In this document: positions 22,301 through 32,870 of the stretch, in pieces
Position numbering within the stretch: position 1 is the stretch's first letter
Layout of the letters: every line of letters begins with the position of its first letter
NCBI GenBank assembly: GCA_900088475.1
Contig: FLMG01003049.1
Coordinates: 1-33,788, forward strand
Source of the DNA: Hyphochytrium catenoides
Taxonomy: Eukaryota > Protista > Hyphochytriomycota
Length of the DNA stretch: 33,788 bases
Reading direction: 5' to 3'
Program-made: the position numbers and the translations under genes
The notes under the pieces: generated by a model
What the model was told of the DNA's origin: nothing
Seen by the model: the letters and a program-made list of their open reading frames with translations, nothing else
The model's database searches: none

Positions 22301-23162
22301 GTGACTATCTGCTGTCCAACAATAATAACACCGCCAAGAGGCTCCGGGACTGGAATGAGAAGAGAAGCCCCGCCTTCCACATTTGCCTGCTGCCATTGTC
22401 CTTCGCTAAGGTCCTTCTCCTTCAATAGAACCTCATACGTTTTGACATGTCGTGCCTCCCGATAATCTTGAAAGAGGACACAGAGCGTCGGCCGCCGAGC
22501 GACGTGTAGAAAGGCGATATCGATAACCTGATGCTCCTCTAGGCGGACATTGAAGGCCTCCTTCAGAGCCCCCGAGGATGGATCCATGGGGATGATTTTG
22601 AAATGTCCATCATACAAGTGCATCCCAATCAGACGACACTTTGGATCCACGCTGCTCTTGTGACCAGTATCTGCAGGCTTAGCAATCCGATCCTAGTGTA
22701 CCCGGCATTAGTAAGTAAGGCTAAGGTAATGTAATTTTTTCAGATGAAAAGGTTAAGAAGCGGAATGGCAACTTACCTTGACATTGCCATGTGCTCTAGT
22801 CACAATCTCTCCTGCTTTCCGATCATACGCAAGGACGCAGAACTTGTACCTCTCTGTCGCTATGAAGAGCAAATCTTGTTCCTCGTCCTACGTGAGAGCC
22901 AAAGAAGAGTCAGTTCCTTATTATTATGGCTGCCAATAGCCGTCAATCTTACCGCCGGTCTGAAGGTCTCCATGAGCGAGATCCTACCATAGACCCCTAC
23001 ATCGAACTGAGGCATCAGCCCTTCCGGAGTCATCAGGTGGACCTCTAGCCGAGTAGACTTGGCGATGATGAGATTATGGTCCTTGGGACCCGTAAAGTTG
23101 GCTGTGATAGAGCTTGTCACAGCTGTCGGCTTCTGAGCCGTCACCACGTAGTTGAACGCCAT
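19395..23162 (-). CDS. DDB1: DNA damage-binding protein 1 (CUL4 adaptor). 4 exons: 23162-22953, 22887-22777, 22692-19815, 19546-19395
   Basis: [114 protein letters not shown] and terminal [15 protein letters not shown]. Confidence 0.98.
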
Positions 23163-23437
23163 GATCACCACTTGCTATGCCTAAGGGCTAAAGCGCTACT
23201 CCTTGGCGCTCTTCCACTCTACGATGCCCTCTAAGGGTTCCTCCGTGGCCTTTTTGCTTCTTGTTTGCTCTGAGAGCCTGGGCCTTGCTCGCGATTGAGA
23301 AGGCAAGTGACCTCAACTCAGCACGGAGCCAGATCTCTCTACTTCTCTCCAAGTAACAACAGCATTGGCCTTGGAATGAGCTCGAAGTTCGCGGGTTTTC
23401 CTCTCTTGGTGTTTTAAAGTTTCGGAAAGCTTCATGA

Positions 23438-23519
23438 NNNNNNNNNNNNNNNNNNNNNNNNNNNNNNNNNNNNNNNNNNNNNNNNNNNNNNNNNNNNNNN
23501 NNNNNNNNNNNNNNNNNNN
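23438..23519. other. Assembly gap (82 N) between DDB1 and asparagine synthetase
   Basis: Run of N. Confidence 0.99.
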
Positions 23520-23703
23520 TTCTGCACTTCTCTTCTTCTCAAGTGCAGACGATCCGGTTCCTGATGAGAAAGATTATAGGGTACTACGAACTCTCTACCT
23601 CTACTTCTGAACAGTAAGGGGGAAAGGAAAAGAGCTATGCTAGGGATCGGCAAACGGGGTTTAATACTTAGGCGGAGAACTACTTCTAACACGCAGCAGA
23701 GCT

Positions 23704-26121
23704 CTATTTATGGCCATTGCCAGTGTAGGCAGCGACATGGACCCCAGAAACTGCTCTACCGGATGGGTCAGCCATATTCTTAAAAGATTCATCCCACTCG
23801 ATAGCTCTAGGGGTACTGCATGCTATTGAAGGCCCGCCTGGGACAGTTGTGACCGCTGACTCGGAGGGGAAGTGGCTTTCAAAGATGGAGCGGTAGAGAT
23901 ACGCTTCTTTGGTGGTAGGAGGGTTGTGAGGGAAGCGATGAGAGGCTGAAGCCATCTGAGCGTCCGAAACCTCTCTTTCAGCATACTCCTTCAGACCATC
24001 AATCCATGAATATCCTACACCATCCGAGAACTGTTCTTTCTGCATAAATATCAGAGCCTCAGTAAGGCTCAGGACACGCACCAAGCCTAAGAAATTCTAA
24101 CCTGTCTCCAGAGGATGTGGGATGGCAAATAGGGATTCTCTGGGGTATCGAAAGCTGCTCGCATTATCCACTTCTCCATTCTTCCCTTTGACTTGTCAAT
24201 CTTTGGAGGCAAGGCATAAAAAACAGTCAAAATGGGGCGACCTAAGAGTCTTTCAATATATCCCCTCTACCGCTTCCAAGAAGGTCACTTACCATCTTCT
24301 CCTGAGGATCCAAGTTCATAGCTAGCTCGAGGAAGTCGAGGTCAAGAAAGGGCACTCGGGCTTCTATGCCCCAAGCACTTGTGGACTTGTTCGCCCTTAG
24401 GCAATCGTACAAATGTAGCGCCTTCAGCTTGTCCACAGTCTCCTTGTGGAACTCATCCTTGTTAGGCGCCTTGTGGAAGTAAAGATATCCTCCAAAGATC
24501 TGGAAGTTAATAAAAATGAGGGTTAGCAAGGGTCAGAACAAAAATTAGAATGTGGGATTGGGAATATGGATAAGTGACATCGATCCCAATAGACCTACCT
24601 CATCAGCTCCCTCTCCCGAGAGAACCATCTTGATCCCGTAGGCCTTGATTTTCCTTGACAGAAGGTACATCGGCGTGGAAGCACGCACAGTTGTAAGGTC
24701 ATAAGTCTCCAGCTGTCACACAAGCACCGTTAGCGCAGCCAAGCATAAAAGTCGCTCTACTCATCTATGCAACTTACATGATAGATAACCTCTGAAATGG
24801 CGTCAATGCCATCCTGAACTGTGAAGGTATAAGTATGGTGTGCCGTTCCGAGGTAGTCAGCCACCTCTTTGGCAGCCTTGAGATCCGGAGAGCCTATTGA
24901 GGTCCAGCTCAGAACTTTCTATCCAAACGAAGAATATGGGGCAAGGTCCCGCACGATTTCACGCACCTTCAAGGCCTATCGAGAAACTGTGGACGCGGGG
25001 CCACCAGGTCTCTGAGTTCCCATCATCCTCCCTCTTCATTTTTGCGTGCCTTGTGGCAATGGCAGCTACCAAGGAGGAATCTAGACCTCCTGAGAGGAGG
25101 ACTCCCCATGGGACATCTGACATCATTCTCCTAACAACTGCTTTCTCAAAGGCCTTGGGGCGGGACTGTTATTAGCCATCCAAAGGTTTGAGAGATTGTA
25201 TGCTTACCTCTCTCACTTGAGTGAGATCCAACTTGTTTTTGCCAATGTGCCCTGGTTCCATCCAGCTAGGCTTGTACCACGGCGTCAGAGTACCGGTGCT
25301 ACTGTTCAGCATGTGACCTGGAGGAAACGTCTTCACCCTTGCGCAGTGACCCTAAGCGGCACAGGAATCAGAAAAGCACAGCAATTAATGAGGTGGACCC
25401 AAAAGTCTAAGGATGTCTGAAGGGAGTTGCTTAATTACCCCGAATGCCTTCATCTCCGACGCAATCCAGACACTACCATCATAGCCATAGCCGATGTACA
25501 GAGGGGTGATGCCCATGTGATCACGGACTGCGATGTATTGGTTCTTGTTCTTGTCGAAGAGAACTGTTCATCACAAATCAGAGGTTAGGACGTTACCTGC
25601 AGGAGAACGACAAATTTACACCTACCAAAGGAAAACATCCCTCGCAGCTTGTTGACGAAATTTTCGCTATCTTCCATGTAGAGGGGAAGGATGACCTCGC
25701 AATCTGATTTCGTCTTGAACTTGTAAGGTACCTGGCGGCAGAGGTGGGCATGAGAACGGAGTGGGGAGCATGTCGCAAATTCTGAATTTACCTTGAGGGT
25801 ATGTTCTAGCTCCTTATAATTGTAGACCTCACCATTGACCGCAAGGATTATGGACTTGTCCTCGTTGAGTAGAGGCTGAGCACCAGAGTCAGGATCGATA
25901 ATGGCTAATCTCTCATGGACTATGGCATTGCCACCGCCAAGGACCATGACTCCGCTCCAGTCAGGACCTCTGTGTCTGATGCTGTGAAAGGGAACCATGA
26001 TGTTAGGGAACCTCGTAGACCTCTTTCCAGTATCTACGCACCGCTTCGCAGCCTTCAAAAGCAGCTTCCTGAGCTCTCCATCTGGCAGGGTAGAACCAAA
26101 GACTGCTACGATGCCACACAT
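23704..26121 (-). CDS. ASNS: Asparagine synthetase (glutamine-hydrolysing, class II GAT + synthetase), multi-exon with many short introns
   Basis: N-terminal nucleophile [143 protein letters not shown]. Confidence 0.97.
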
Positions 26122-28102
26122 GTTGTCTCGCCTTGAATGTGTAAAGCTTTCTGGCTAGAAAAGGAGATCTGGGCTAGTCCCTTCGGCGCTACTCTGCTGT
26201 CAGCAGAGAGCAAGCACAAACGATCGAGTGATGCGATAAGCCTAAGGAAGGTGGCACAAGCTGTCGCCCTCCTCCTTCTTCAAAACGTAGCTTCGTCTCT
26301 GCGGATGATGAAGCTTGCTTTGCTGCTTCGGAGCGCTCTCTCTACACGATAACAGATGATGGGAAATTGTTGAAGAGATGGATTCATCACACTCTGTCGC
26401 TCCGTACCTGTCAGAGCTCAAGAGGCACAGGCAAATATTACCACCACGGGCTGGGTGTATTTATATGGGTTTTCGCTTCCGCTTGGTGTATACTATTACA
26501 ACCTGATGAGCTGTTCAGGTGTCGTACACATTACAACTACTTAACACTGAGAGGTCGATCAGAATCACCGAAACATTCCATATGAGCTAATGAAGCTTTC
26601 ATCTGATAAATAAGTGGTAAGAAGCTCTAAAGGTTACTTTCTTTGAAGGTTTATTTCCTTCCAATTGTGGAGAGACAGAGCACACGCAGCCAGTCATTCT
26701 ACATGTCAAGAGGCACAGAGCCATACTTACTTACTTTAGGTACCACTGTAGTTCCTCCCTAGATATCCAAGAGAAAGATCTCTTGGCAATCAGCAATCAA
26801 TGATCACATGTGACATCGCTTCACGAATCTCCGTCGCTTCTTCTTGGTCCCCATCACCTTGAAACTCTTCCGTCAGGCTGTCTGCTTTCTTTGCGTGAGA
26901 CCAGGGTGGGGCAGTTCGGAATGAGACTCATCGCTTTTCTGCCCAGAACTACGTAGGAAGGTGGGCATTTACTGCTTCCTAGCATGTCATAATAATGACA
27001 TGTAGTTCTTTGCGGACCACCAATATGTTAGCTTAGTAGTAGCAGCGGAGATACTGCTGGTCGAAGTCCAGCAGTGAGACAGATGCTGATTGTCGTCGCT
27101 TTTGATAAGAAATTATGAAGAGAGCCTCCCTAAGCGAGCTTTAGCAGAGAAGGCAAAGCTATAAGGACTCGCTTATGAGAAGATAAGGACGCTGATGTTG
27201 TTGTGTTGAAAACCCATGCTCGCCGAGACATACCGGTAATCAGACTCGTCAACGGTAGCACGTGGAGAGCTAGATCGGCTATCATGCGAAACCCCACAGC
27301 ATTTCCACAGACGTATAACGCAAGCAAAGGATTAACTTTGATTGCTGTGGCCTGGTCTGTTTGCGGGAACCAGTCCGGTGCCCTCCTCGGGTAAGTCGTG
27401 TCGTCTCTAACAAACGCCGTCGAGGATAGGGAGACGCTAAGTGGTGAAAGTACACTCTCATCATGAATGGCTATTGTGTAGCAGAAGGATCTCGTCATCC
27501 GCTATAAATTAAACAACAATGTTAAGTGAAGAAGTTTCACAAAAATTGAATATACCGCCCGCGTCTCTCTTCTCTCCTCTGATAGCATTTGGAAGGCTCA
27601 CTATGTAGGACCTTGTTGTCTGGTGCCCGATATGATTGTTGTTGAAGTTGTTCGTGATTGAAGACTAAACCTTGACAAGAGCTCCTCTAGAACAATGGAT
27701 GATCACTAATCAAGCGCATAATTGCAGCCTATCCCTCTAATGTTGAGCACCTCTACCAGGAAAAAAGGACTGCCGATACCGACTCCAGGTCACTGCAGAC
27801 TCGATGGCCGTGATCATTGATTATACAGATAATATGAATACGACGTGGATGAGAGTACTCTGGCATACTAATAAAGGAAGATGTGTAATCACTCCTCCTA
27901 CGTAGAGGAGCTTTTCTTTATCAACCAAAACAGTGGGGAGGATGATGGCCGCACCACATGGGTACTGTACTTGTACAAACTCAAGTACAAGGGGCTTTGG
28001 AGGATTATAGACCAGGAGTCTCCCCAATAGCTTGCCCTTGTACCAGTGACCACTCACCTTATCATCAATCGCAAGCTCACAGCTTCACACAAGGCAGCTG
28101 CT

Positions 28103-28129
28103 NNNNNNNNNNNNNNNNNNNNNNNNNNN
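28103..28129. other. Assembly gap (27 N) in the ASNS-GOT2 spacer
   Basis: Run of N. Confidence 0.99.
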
Positions 28130-29196
28130 CAGGAGTTTAGTCTTTGGACCTTCTGATTGGCTGGCCTGACTTCGAGTTGCAGCTCCTGGCCCTCTTCTCT
28201 GCTCTACGATTGGCTGGAAGAGGTGACTGGCCTTTTCGCAACCTCCGCATCTTTTGTCTCTCTGTTTCTACCTTTCACAGCTTCCCCTGTTAAGATTTAG
28301 AACCAGCCCGAAATTATCAGTTTGTTTGAGTTGAAGTCCATGAAGGGGCGAATTTTGGGTTTTCGCCCTTCAAGTGCGAATATTGCGCACAAGCTGCCAA
28401 CCTTTTCCTTTCCCTTCCTCATTTCGGATGTTAAGTGTTAGATTCTAGATTTAAATGGATTCTAGGTAATCTGGTTCTGAATATTCATGGCCCCTCCGCC
28501 GGGTCCATATTTTGGCCCCTTCGGGGTGAGTGAGACGTGAGAGACCAAGCCCAAAAGGCCTTCTTCCGCTACTTCTTTTCTCCTGTCTCATGTCAAACTC
28601 TTTAATCTCTCCTCATCCTACTCCGCCCTAGAAACTTCCTTCCCCGTCAAGGAAGTAATTTGAGCCTCCCCTTCCCCGTATATTCTCCGCCACTGGGCTA
28701 ATCAAAGATAGAGGTAGTCATCATGGCTGTTACAGGGACAGTCGGCCCACCCATCCTATGCTTCTCTGTACGAGCTAAGTCCTCGCCCATCCGTCTCTGC
28801 TCTTTCTCTGTGCTTTCACGGATGCGGCGCCGGCGGGTGATGTGAGGGCCAGGTGATGACCAGCAGAGGAAAGCAGAGATGTGTGTCGTGACAGTGGGAG
28901 AGGCGGAAGAGGGCGCTGAATGAGCGGGAAGGAAGCAAGGGAAGAAGTTGATCAAACGTGGGCCTGCATCTTCCAGCTTTGCAGATGCAGATTTGCAGTT
29001 CCTATCCGAAGCACCTCAACCAATGAGTACAAAGCGTCAGCCACTCCGAACATCACATTTTGAACCTACGGCGAGCTGTACCCGCTTGTTGGAAAGCGGT
29101 TGAACCACTCGCGGTGGACGTTAGGAGCTCAAACTCCCTCTGTTCAAGCAGCCCTGCTTTTCGGTCACACCTGGTGTTGACACATTCCTTACAGCC

Positions 29197-30588
29197 ATGG
29201 TTGCGTCGGCCCTTCTCAGAGAGAGCAATAATGCTACATCAGAGCCTAGCAAGGAACAGCGGAGGCTTAAGCAGCTTGGGGCAGTGCTTCGGACTATGGA
29301 ATTGGCCCCGAAAGACCCTATTCTTGGCATCAGCGAGAGCTTCAAGTTGGACCAGTGCCCTTTGAAGGTAGGGCTTGGAGTTGGTGCATACAGAGACGAC
29401 GATGGTGCACCGTACGTCTTACCATCAGTTCGTGAGGCGGAGCTCCGTATGCTTCAGCAAAATGTGAACAAGGAATATGCGCCTATTGAGGGTCCAAAGG
29501 ACTACCTACATGCTGCACTTAAGTTTGCCTATGGAGACGAGTCGTCGGTGGTGAGGGACAACCGAGCGGCAGCATGCCAGACGGTAGGGGGAACTGGTGG
29601 CAACAGAATTGCAGCTGCCTTCTTAGCGAAATTCTTGGGCAAGAACCATCCTATTTACATTCCAACGCCAACCTGGGGCAATCATCTCAACATTTACGGA
29701 GCGGAAGGGCTGGACATTCGGCGTTACCGCTATTATGATACAGTTACCAGGGGATTGGACTTTGATGGGATCTTGGCTGATATCAAAAACGCACCCTCAG
29801 GTTCCATCTTCCTTCTGCACTCTTGCGCTCACAATCCGACCGGGACAGACCCGTCCAAGGAGCAGTGGAAAGTGCTTTCACGTGAGCTCCGCGCAAAAGA
29901 TCACATTGTCATATTTGACTCAGCCTACCAAGGCTTTGCCTCCGGTGACCCAGAGCGGGACGCTTATGCTATCAGACTCTTCGTAGAAGAAGGCCACTAC
30001 GTCATCCTGGCACAGTCTTTTTCCAAAAATCTCGGTCTGTATGGAGAAAGGGTTGGCTGCCTCAGTATCGTTTGCGCCGATAGTGAGGAAGCGGCAAGGG
30101 TGACCTCTCAACTGAAGATCATCATCAGAGGGATGTATTCGAACCCGCCTATACATGGGGCTAACATAGTCAGGACAGTCTTCGGTGACCCACATTTGCA
30201 ACAGCAATGGCTTGAAGAGTGTCGCGGTATGGCTGAGCGCATTCAGAGTATGAGGAAAACCCTCCGGCATCACTTGGAGCAGCTTGGTTCCCAGCATGAC
30301 TGGTCTCATATCACATCCCAGATTGGCATGTTCTGCTACATGGGCATTACCAAGGAGGAGGTGAGGCGACTACGAGAAGAATTCCATATTTATATGACAG
30401 ACGATGGCAGGATCAGCCTCGCTGGCCTCAACAGCCAAAACGTCGCTTATGTGGCTGAGGCCTTTCATATCGTGACTGATTCATCGACCTTGAGATCTGA
30501 GATGGAGAGCTCGGGAACTTGTTCAGCAAAGATGAGAGAGGGTCCTGCGGTAGGAGAAGGAGTGTATCCAGTCGTATCTGTAACATAG
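29197..30588 (+). CDS. GOT2: Aspartate aminotransferase (class I PLP, mitochondrial GOT2-like), single coding exon; a possible extra 5' exon at 29023-29098
   Basis: APKDPILGI, LGVGAYRDD, PYVLPSVREAE, QTVGGTG, PTWGNH, LLHSCAHNPTG, FDSAYQGFASGD, QSFSKNLGLYGERVG (PLP Lys), YSNPPIHGA, QIGMF, DGRISLAG. The mitochondrial orthology is inferred. Confidence 0.92.
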   Translation: MVASALLRESNNATSEPSKEQRRLKQLGAVLRTMELAPKDPILGISESFKLDQCPLKVGLGVGAYRDDDGAPYVLPSVREAELRMLQQNVNKEYAPIEGPKDYLHAALKFAYGDESSVVRDNRAAACQTVGGTGGNRIAAAFLAKFLGKNHPIYIPTPTWGNHLNIYGAEGLDIRRYRYYDTVTRGLDFDGILADIKNAPSGSIFLLHSCAHNPTGTDPSKEQWKVLSRELRAKDHIVIFDSAYQGFASGDPERDAYAIRLFVEEGHYVILAQSFSKNLGLYGERVGCLSIVCADSEEAARVTSQLKIIIRGMYSNPPIHGANIVRTVFGDPHLQQQWLEECRGMAERIQSMRKTLRHHLEQLGSQHDWSHITSQIGMFCYMGITKEEVRRLREEFHIYMTDDGRISLAGLNSQNVAYVAEAFHIVTDSSTLRSEMESSGTCSAKMREGPAVGEGVYPVVSVT

Positions 30589-30816
30589 TGACGTTAGATG
30601 TAGGAAAAGTCAAGATGATATAAGAAAGCCTATCAAGGAGATCTTTCAAGAAGCAGACCATTTGTCATAGATAACCATGTCTTGAATCTTTGTTTTGACC
30701 GCGGGTGGATTCTGGTGCCCACAAGGTTATCTCAGCAAGCATCACGCAACGATAATTTGGGCAAGTAGTAGATCTAACGGTTGTGTTCAATCTTTTTCTT
30801 GAAGCTTGTATTGACT

Positions 30817-32870
30817 CTAGCTTTGATGTAGACTAGGATGAAAGCTGTCTACGCTATCGAGAGACAGAGCTTCTCGATAGACATCTATCAGAAACGGATT
30901 CGGAGGAGGAGGGGATTCCTCTTCCCCAACAGGAATCTTGCTCAATCTCAACGGTGCCAAGTAGGAGTAACCAGCATATGAGATGAGCACCACCACGGAG
31001 AGTCCTGCGGCAGTTGTCACCTACAGGTGTGAGGATTAGCGCTTATCAGTAAGGGGTGAGAACTAGGGCGTATGATGGTTGACAACGTTGACGTGGGAGA
31101 AGATTGGACTGGAGCTGGCAAACCGTGAGCTGACACGTACCGATAGTCTCCAGAGCTTGAAAATTTCCTCTCCGACGTCTCCAAAAATATCTCCTTGTCC
31201 TCCCTTGCAAACATCCTCTCCTTGACAGGCAAAGCCGACACGCATCCGGTCAGCATCGAATATCGTGTAGAAGGTCTTTATAAATACATCGCCTAGAATC
31301 CACCATTGATGAAACCTGGCAAGTGAGGTTAGAGGGATGAGTTTTCAAAAAAGGTCTTGACGGATGAAGGTCACAGGACTGCTCCATGACAAGTCTCCAA
31401 ACGGATGGCATCAGAGGCAAGCACTGATCAGAAACGTTCTAAGAGTAGCGGAAGAAGCACACTCCAGCGATACCGCTACGCCTTATATAGCTTGAAAGGA
31501 TGAGGCACTAGACACACAGCAAGATTAAGAAAGAAAAAGGAAGAATCGGTGTACCCAATATCTTGTATCTGGATTCTGCAGGTCTCAGGCCCAAAGCAAA
31601 TCACATAATCTTCAGGCCTCAGAATAAACCAACTGTCCGGTTCCAACCAAAACTCTAGCTGAGGGAAGTCTGGGAGTTGGACACCACGACACAATCTTCC
31701 AGTGCAGTCATGGGTCCCTCGTATAAACTTCATTAGCTCCTCATAATGGGGCGATGGAACTCCAAGAAGTGAAGTTCCTGTGAGATGCACGAAAAAAACG
31801 AGTTAGTGAGTTAGAGAGTGTCTCTGAGCTACGATATGGCCATGGAGGTCCGCTCCTCCCTCCTCCTCCGAGAGATTTCTTCCTTTCCTTGTCCTAAAAA
31901 TGTCTTAGCCGTGGCGATTATCCCAGCAGGACTTAGCCTGGCAAGTAGGGCCGTCTTCGCTCTCACCTGTATCGACTATAGCATAGCATCCATCCTGGCA
32001 AAACTGTCCTCCGGGAGTGACATGTATTCCGTTCATTTGTATGGACCAAAAGGTGAAGGAGGTATATCCAGGAATCTTCACGACCGGTGTATAGTGCCAC
32101 GTCGCGTTAGGACCGACGAGGCTGAGGTCATAGCCGCCAATGTGCAGCTCGGAACCCTCTTGATAGGGCTGCGAAGTGAGGAAGAACGCGATCGTGGTTG
32201 GCATCTGCGGTTCTTGCATCCGCAAAAGTGAAAGAACAGGAGGTCGCGTCACGCTCCCTATTCCTGCAAAGGCTAGTCCCAGAATACCGTCAGCCACAAA
32301 CTGTCTGATCGCCGTTCCTTCAGTTTCTATCAGGCCAAAACGGACGTGATGCAGCCTCACTTGTCCCCCTGCCAGAGTTAGGGTGTCATAGCCAGTAGAG
32401 CCTTCAATGGCCCCACTACCATACCTATTGCTGAACCAGTCCCCATCATCTCTGAAAGTTTTACTCTTCTCGCTGTCGAACCGCCGATGCATCACACCAC
32501 CGCATGCTCTGCATTCACTTGAAGGGATGACTAGGTCTGAGGACCCAGTGTCGAAGACCACACTCATAACCTGAGGAGGAGTGCCTACGGCGATATCCCC
32601 AACATATTGGACCATACCGTGGTTTTCTAGCGGGCTTCTACCCCATGGCACAGTGCTCACATTGTGCCTGTGTTTCACTCTTGACCCCCAAAGCGACAGA
32701 GTATGAAGAGGAGTGGTAGTCTCTAATAGCTCCCATGGTCGAGGCCGATGAGCTGTAGAGTGCTCCAGCCGCTTTAGCGGGACCCGGACGAAGGAACGGC
32801 TCTGACAAAATTGCATCAGCAGCACTAAGAGAAACAGCGCGCTGTCCGGCTTAGGGCTAGAGCTCCTCAT
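30817..32870 (-). CDS. Pepsin-family (A1) aspartic protease with signal peptide and C-terminal transmembrane segment. 4 exons: 32870-31967, 31777-31555, 31315-31141, 31020-30817
   Basis: Hydrophobic ALFLLVLLMQFC signal, RVPLKR prosegment, QYVGDIAVGTPPQ, VVFDTGSSDL, flap YGSG, DGILGLAF, second catalytic AIVDTG/TS split by intron 1, WILGDVFIKTFYTIFD..RVGFA, and TM VTTAAGLSVVVLISYAGYSYL. Confidence 0.92.

Noticed and set aside
1-23162. Functional clusters for ribosome biogenesis (RPL5, NSUN2, UTP11) or DNA repair (FPG, DDB1)
   Set aside because: The genes are interspersed with unrelated loci and belong to large housekeeping categories, so co-occurrence is unremarkable.
27130-27498. 122-aa minus ORF, and a DYRYVSA peptide shared with a frame at ~31130
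   Set aside because: No family motif, and the matching peptide at 31130 is in a non-coding frame of the protease, so the match is treated as coincidence.
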